Positions 59,131 to 64,000 of a stretch of DNA of 64,000 nucleotides are shown piece after piece (position 1 is the first letter of the stretch; each line of letters opens with the position of its first letter). This DNA is from Selaginella moellendorffii. Its lineage: Eukaryota; Plantae; Lycopodiophyta. The stretch spans positions 2,248,494-2,312,493 of the forward strand of contig NW_003314268.1 in the NCBI RefSeq assembly GCF_000143415.4, given 5' to 3'. A program made the position numbers and the translations under genes. The notes beneath the pieces are model-generated. The model saw only the letters and a list, made by a program, of their open reading frames with translations. It made no database searches and had not been told where the DNA came from.

Positions 59131-60360
59131 TCAGTGATGAGATCTCGAGCTTCTCTCGCGAGAATGCGAGCGTTCATCCCTGTGCCTTCCCTCACGGTGT
59201 CTCCCGTGCCTCTTGTGTTCCTCTCTTCTCCTTTTATCGTCTTTTCTATGGCGGTCTTCTTCCGTTTGTTCTTCGTGACGCGGTCTCTTGTCTTGCCGGT
59301 CCCGGGTTTCTGATTTTCTACGTGGAAGAGGAGGCACCTGACAAAGAAACCACCATCACTCGCGCTTTGAGAATAGATGGCTCTAGCGTACCTGATACCG
59401 CGACATATAGTTCGATGGCTCTGGAATTCCCAGTTTCTTCAGCTCCTCGCGAGGGATATTTTCGCGTCTGCAAGATAGAAAACGAAGTGGTTATTGACGA
59501 AAGAAGCAAATCCCGGTGCCTTACAGCGGAGCACGAAATGGACGATCGCGCCCGCCAAATCGTAGTTGCCCGGATTCCTTTTTGCCTCCTAAGCCTCCTC
59601 CTGCAAGGATGGACAATATCAGAACAAAAGAAAATGTAATTGTTGATATTTTTCCTCAAACTCACCAAGTCTGCGCGGTATCCATCCACGCATAAGCTGC
59701 TGCCGATTGTAGTCGACGATGATCTGGTTCCCATCAATGGTGATATTGTGGGCTGCCTGGAGAAAGGAGAAAAAGAAGCAAGATGGAATCAATCACTGAA
59801 ACAAAAAACCAAACAAAAACGAGAAGTTCTACCTCGTAGGCATGTAGAAAATCCTTTTCGTTCTCAAACTCTACAAAGGCATAGCCCCGAGAAGCTCCGG
59901 TAACTGCATTCTTGTAAAACACCTCGTCTCTTTCATGGGATCGAACTCACCAATATGGCGGACAAGTCTCATGCTTTTCACAGCCCCATATTTGCTCATC
60001 ACCTGCAAAGGAAGATCAAATAACTCGTGAAACACAAATGCTCAAGGTGTAGAAAAGACTCGCCTCTCGGAGAGTTTCTTCGGTGGTGTCACGAGACAAT
60101 CGCCCAACAAACAGAGTACGATAGGGATCTCCCAGAGCTTTGGCGTCGCCAGTAGGATCATCTGCGTGAAAAACACTTGCGCGCATCAAGAGAGGCGGGA
60201 GAGAAAATAAGTCAAAGTACTCACAGAGGCCAGTGGTCCTGGCGATCATAGCCCGGTAGATGCCATTGTCGTGAGGGACAATGTCCGTGCCATCGATGCT
60301 GCCAGCCTGAATGGGATGATACACTGTCGCGTAGAACACCTCGCTCGTCCGTGGCGCCAT
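59131..60360 (-). CDS. SNRNP35: U11/U12 snRNP 35 kDa protein
   Basis: [83 protein letters not shown], Arg/Ser-rich tail. Confidence 0.94.
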
Positions 60361-62680
60361 TGCGCCCAACCCTAAATTCCACTCTGGAATTTGTGGAAAA
60401 CCCTCTTCAAATGTACCACGGACAAAGGCTCTGTGATGCAAGAGCAAGCCATGCTAGCAAGCGAGAGATCATGGCGACAGAGGTGGCTGTAGTAATGAAG
60501 TAGCACCTGGAGAGAAAGATATCCTTATGGCCGTGCTTCATTATCAAATCAAGAGGAGCTGGTGAGCTTGCTCTCCATCCTCGGAGCAAGGAAATCACAA
60601 GTATTAGTATCTTTCTTGCATGTCACAGCGGCTATCTTTTGGTCGACCCGGAAGCAATCAAATTTGAAAAGTGGAAGCATTTTTCACAGTTGGCCTTCAA
60701 GCTTTCTTCCCGGAGGACTATAGAGCTATACTAGCATGTTTCCATGCAACTACCTAGAGACTGCATAACTCAAGAGAAGTGCATAACACAAGACAAGAGA
60801 AAAACCAGGCAAAACTCAGCGTCACTGCTTGCTGTTTCTTGGCAGAGAGAAATTGTGCTCTTCCCAGATGATGCCTCAGTCAATACAACCAAGCATGGCA
60901 AGTGTGATATTTCCTTCTTCTTTCCCATGAGCAAATTATTGCTCAGTGTACGATCCCTTGATCAAAATGCCCCGGTCTTTCAAGAACTCCAAGAAGAAGA
61001 AGAAGAGGATGTTCCACACGGTTCTGTCTGGTGCAAACGTCAAGAAAATATTTCTCAAAACCATGTATTCTAAAGCTCACCCAGGCTTGAACTTCAACAG
61101 TTCTAGAAGGTCGGGCACTAGGTGTATACAAAATGCTTTTATAAAATGATATTATAAAAACATTAAACTAGTATACAAATTTGTAGAAATCAAACAAAAT
61201 AATATAAAATTTTAAATAAATTATTATTCTATTAAAACGGTGCTCGAAAATTCTGGGTGTATATGAAAGTAAAAATGCTTTTAAAGTTATTGTATACAAT
61301 ATGTAGAAAAATTATAAAGTAATATAGAAAAATTTACAATCTTATAGGTATTAGATAGAAGTTCATGTAAGAATTCTTAATCGAGCAAAAGGAAGCCTTC
61401 GGCACCTGGTGCCAAGCAACATCCTTAGATCCAAAGTGAAAGAGATCTCAGCAAAACTTCTATGGAGTATGGCAGAAAAGTTTAGTGCTACCTGGCTGTG
61501 TCTCCAATGTTCATGCCCACTCGAATCACCAGAGTTGAGGGACTCATCAAATCTCAATCCTTGCGTTTTAGTGAGAAGGTGTTGGATCTCTCTGAAAACC
61601 TGAAAGAGAAAAACTCATTTTGAATGGAAACTTCATAAAATCTTGCTCATCTTTCTGGAACACTCAATTGAGATATTCACAAGAAAACTTTGGAACTCCG
61701 AGATAGAATCAAGAGCTAGTAAATCCTAGTCTGATACAACTCCAGTGGGAAAGATGGGTTTTCAGATCATTTTCGAAAGACACAGAGTCAATCTAGATGA
61801 GCTTAATAAGGTTGAATTTGAATTGATTTGTGGAGAAACGATCAAAACATGAGGGAATGCTTGGCAGGCCTGAAGTGCCTGCTGCTAAGAAGCTGGCCGA
61901 GATCATCCACACTTCCCTCAAAATTCACCAGAAAAACCAGAGTCACTTCAAAACGTTTACAGTAGTCTTTGCACATAAGGAAATATCCATCTGTAGGAAA
62001 CCACCAAAACATTTTATGCTAGCAAGGTAATCTGGTCGTTTCTAGGTTTGCTTATCACATGCTGTCCCAGTCCAAAGAAGTATTGCTGCAAATAAATTCT
62101 AGGAACAGTCACAATAATCAAATTGAAGAATTACAAAACCTGAGAAAGAATTGGAAAGATTCATGCAATGTCCTCTTTACAGCATGGATGAATCAGAAAG
62201 TTAATTCGGATTCTATGAGAGGAGCTAGTTTGCTCGTGTCGAAAAACACGACAACAAGCCAAACAACTAACCTGACATTCAACAAGCCAGCATAAGCGCT
62301 CTGCTGGCTCCTAATTTGCAAATTGTACAAGCATCATCCGGGGATTTAGCTTGCCGCCTTAAAACTGGAGAAAAAAACTAAATTACACATGATAAACACC
62401 AGCGCATACGGAATAATGCGCGTCGTACGGACCGGAGAAGAAAGGTGAGGTGTCTGATGATCGCCCTTTGCTAGGCTTGGATGGCATTGGCATTGTTCTT
62501 TCTCTTGCTGCGTTCTGTCTATTGTGAGCTCCTAGCAACAAGATCTAGAGAGAGCTCTTCCAGAAATATTGATGCTCCAGAACTGACAAATATATCTTTA
62601 ATACGTTTGTATACATGCAAATTTACCCTTAAAAATATCTTAGTAATGTAAATGGTATCTTGAAAAGAAAACCAACATTT

Positions 62681-63638
62681 TCAAGATACCAGTTTGTATC
62701 GTCCTGTCTGCCGGTGCCACTCAAGGTTTCCGGATATAATATGAGACAAGCCTTCCAGGTAAGCCTCCATTGCACCATTGTAGCAGCTTGATCTTCTGAT
62801 ATTCTCGCACAGCTTCTTGAATCGATGCTCGATACTCTGCACCAGTTTTTGAACTTTGTCGGCTGCATACTCGAAAGAAAAGCCCTTTGAATCCGAATTG
62901 CCGCATGGACGATATTGAACTGAGTATCGCCAGTTGCACTGTCCACCAGGAAGCAAAACAAGTCGTTGACACAACTTACGTGGTCTGCAACCAGACTTTC
63001 AGCCTCTTGGAGGTCCTGATTTGAAATGGCGTCGTCCTGGAGTTCGAATCCCATGCCATACTCCATTAGAGTTTCCATAACAAATACACCAACTAACATG
63101 CGACGGTGAGCCAGCAGCTCCTCCAAGCCCATCACCGTTTTCAGATTCCTTAGCCTCACCTGATTCACACTTGCCTTCAACAGCTCGGACACTCTGTTGG
63201 CAAATCGCTGGTACTGCTTGAGTGGCATATCTGCACGTAGATCATTCCACATATCACAGAACCGTGGAAATTCCATATCTGCCACGGGTTCCGGGGCATG
63301 GATTATGCCAAGGTAGCTATCAACAAGCCTCTTGGCACCTCCCAAGTCAGCTCCCAGGCCCTGCAAGTCGTCAAGGATATCATCAACATGGAAGCACCAA
63401 CAGGCAAGCTTGCACATATTCTCAATTCTGGCATCATCAGCAACAGGGATCAAAATGCAAGTGGCTAGAACTCTTTTCTCAGCAGCAAGGCATTTCCTAC
63501 TTTCGGGTTCCCTTCACCATGCCCAGGCTCCAAAGTTGCAGCCCAATCTTCCAAGCCTGGACGAATGAAAGAATACAGAGGGTGGCACTTCACAGGGAAC
63601 GAACACTGCACATTTGGAACGAAATCGTAGGGAGCCAT
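62681..63638 (-). pseudogene. Microbial terpene synthase-like (MTPSL) gene with two apparent frameshifts
   Basis: Single-domain class I TPS: F.VDDILD, HRR, NDLFCFLVD (degenerate NSE/DTE), FNIV, GNLEWHRQTGRY. Frame changes near 63505 and 62905. Confidence 0.85.
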
Positions 63639-63828
63639 TGGAAACCACACAACAAGCAAGCTCAAAATGCACTCGCAAATGGACACTGGGTTTTCCTGAA
63701 CTTTCCATCTTCACAGACCTCCTCTTTATAATAGCGTAGGTAGCCGGACTGTTGTTTGGATGGTGAGGGCCTTCCAAAGTCTTAGTGCTGGAGGACATTT
63801 ACTCCGTCCAGCACGAGCAAACTATAAG

Positions 63829-63946
63829 GCTGGACCACTTTGTGTTAAAAGTAGAGGTTCTAACTTCACTGCAATTGGCCAGAAATTTGTTCAGTACTAA
63901 TTTCTGTGAAGTTCGAACCTCTAGTTTTAGCACAAAGTGGTCCAGC
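63829..63946. repeat. 118-bp inverted repeat / hairpin (MITE-like or small-RNA precursor)
   Basis: 41-bp arms gctggaccactttgtgttaaaagtagaggttctaacttcac and gtgaagttcgaacctctagttttagcacaaagtggtccagc, with 3 mismatches. Confidence 0.9.
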
Positions 63947-64000
63947 ACTTTATTGGGTAGGTAGGAAACATGAAAAACATAAACATCGTTGAAAGGGATG

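Noticed and set aside
60400-62550. Exon-like remnants and a diverged AT-rich duplication at about 61120-61345
   Set aside because: No coherent reading frame or family could be reconstructed.

Overview
Gene-dense land-plant nuclear DNA with mostly 50-70 nt introns and very short intergenic spacers. The compaction, the intronless PLS-class PPR genes and a microbial-type terpene synthase point to a lycophyte, most likely Selaginella (inference). I can support about 20 protein genes: extensin, EIF1AD, SUVR-type WIYLD-SET, L-aspartate oxidase, bHLH-ACT, FAF, organellar uL6, LLP homolog, RRM protein, kelch-guanylate kinase, plastid TPR protein, Alba, NOP53, XPB, an orphan, two PPR-E genes, KRP, nsLTP, ARMC7, DCL1 and U11/U12-35K. 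There is also a tRNA-Glu(CTC), an old Ty3/gypsy LTR element with a second partial copy, and a frameshifted MTPSL pseudogene. Most notable: (1) a decayed, intron-containing two-gene element at 1-3.7 kb encoding an HTH plus IS3-like integrase core of a family I know from animals and fungi; (2) a plastid-type full-length uL6 with a mitochondrial-looking presequence, a candidate replacement of mitochondrial rpl6; (3) a gypsy family with a tRNA-Ala PBS and a conserved, possibly antisense-coding 5' block; (4) DCL1 lacking both known miRNA feedback devices; (5) a 118-bp hairpin just upstream of the MTPSL gene. All family assignments are from motif recognition; no searches were run.
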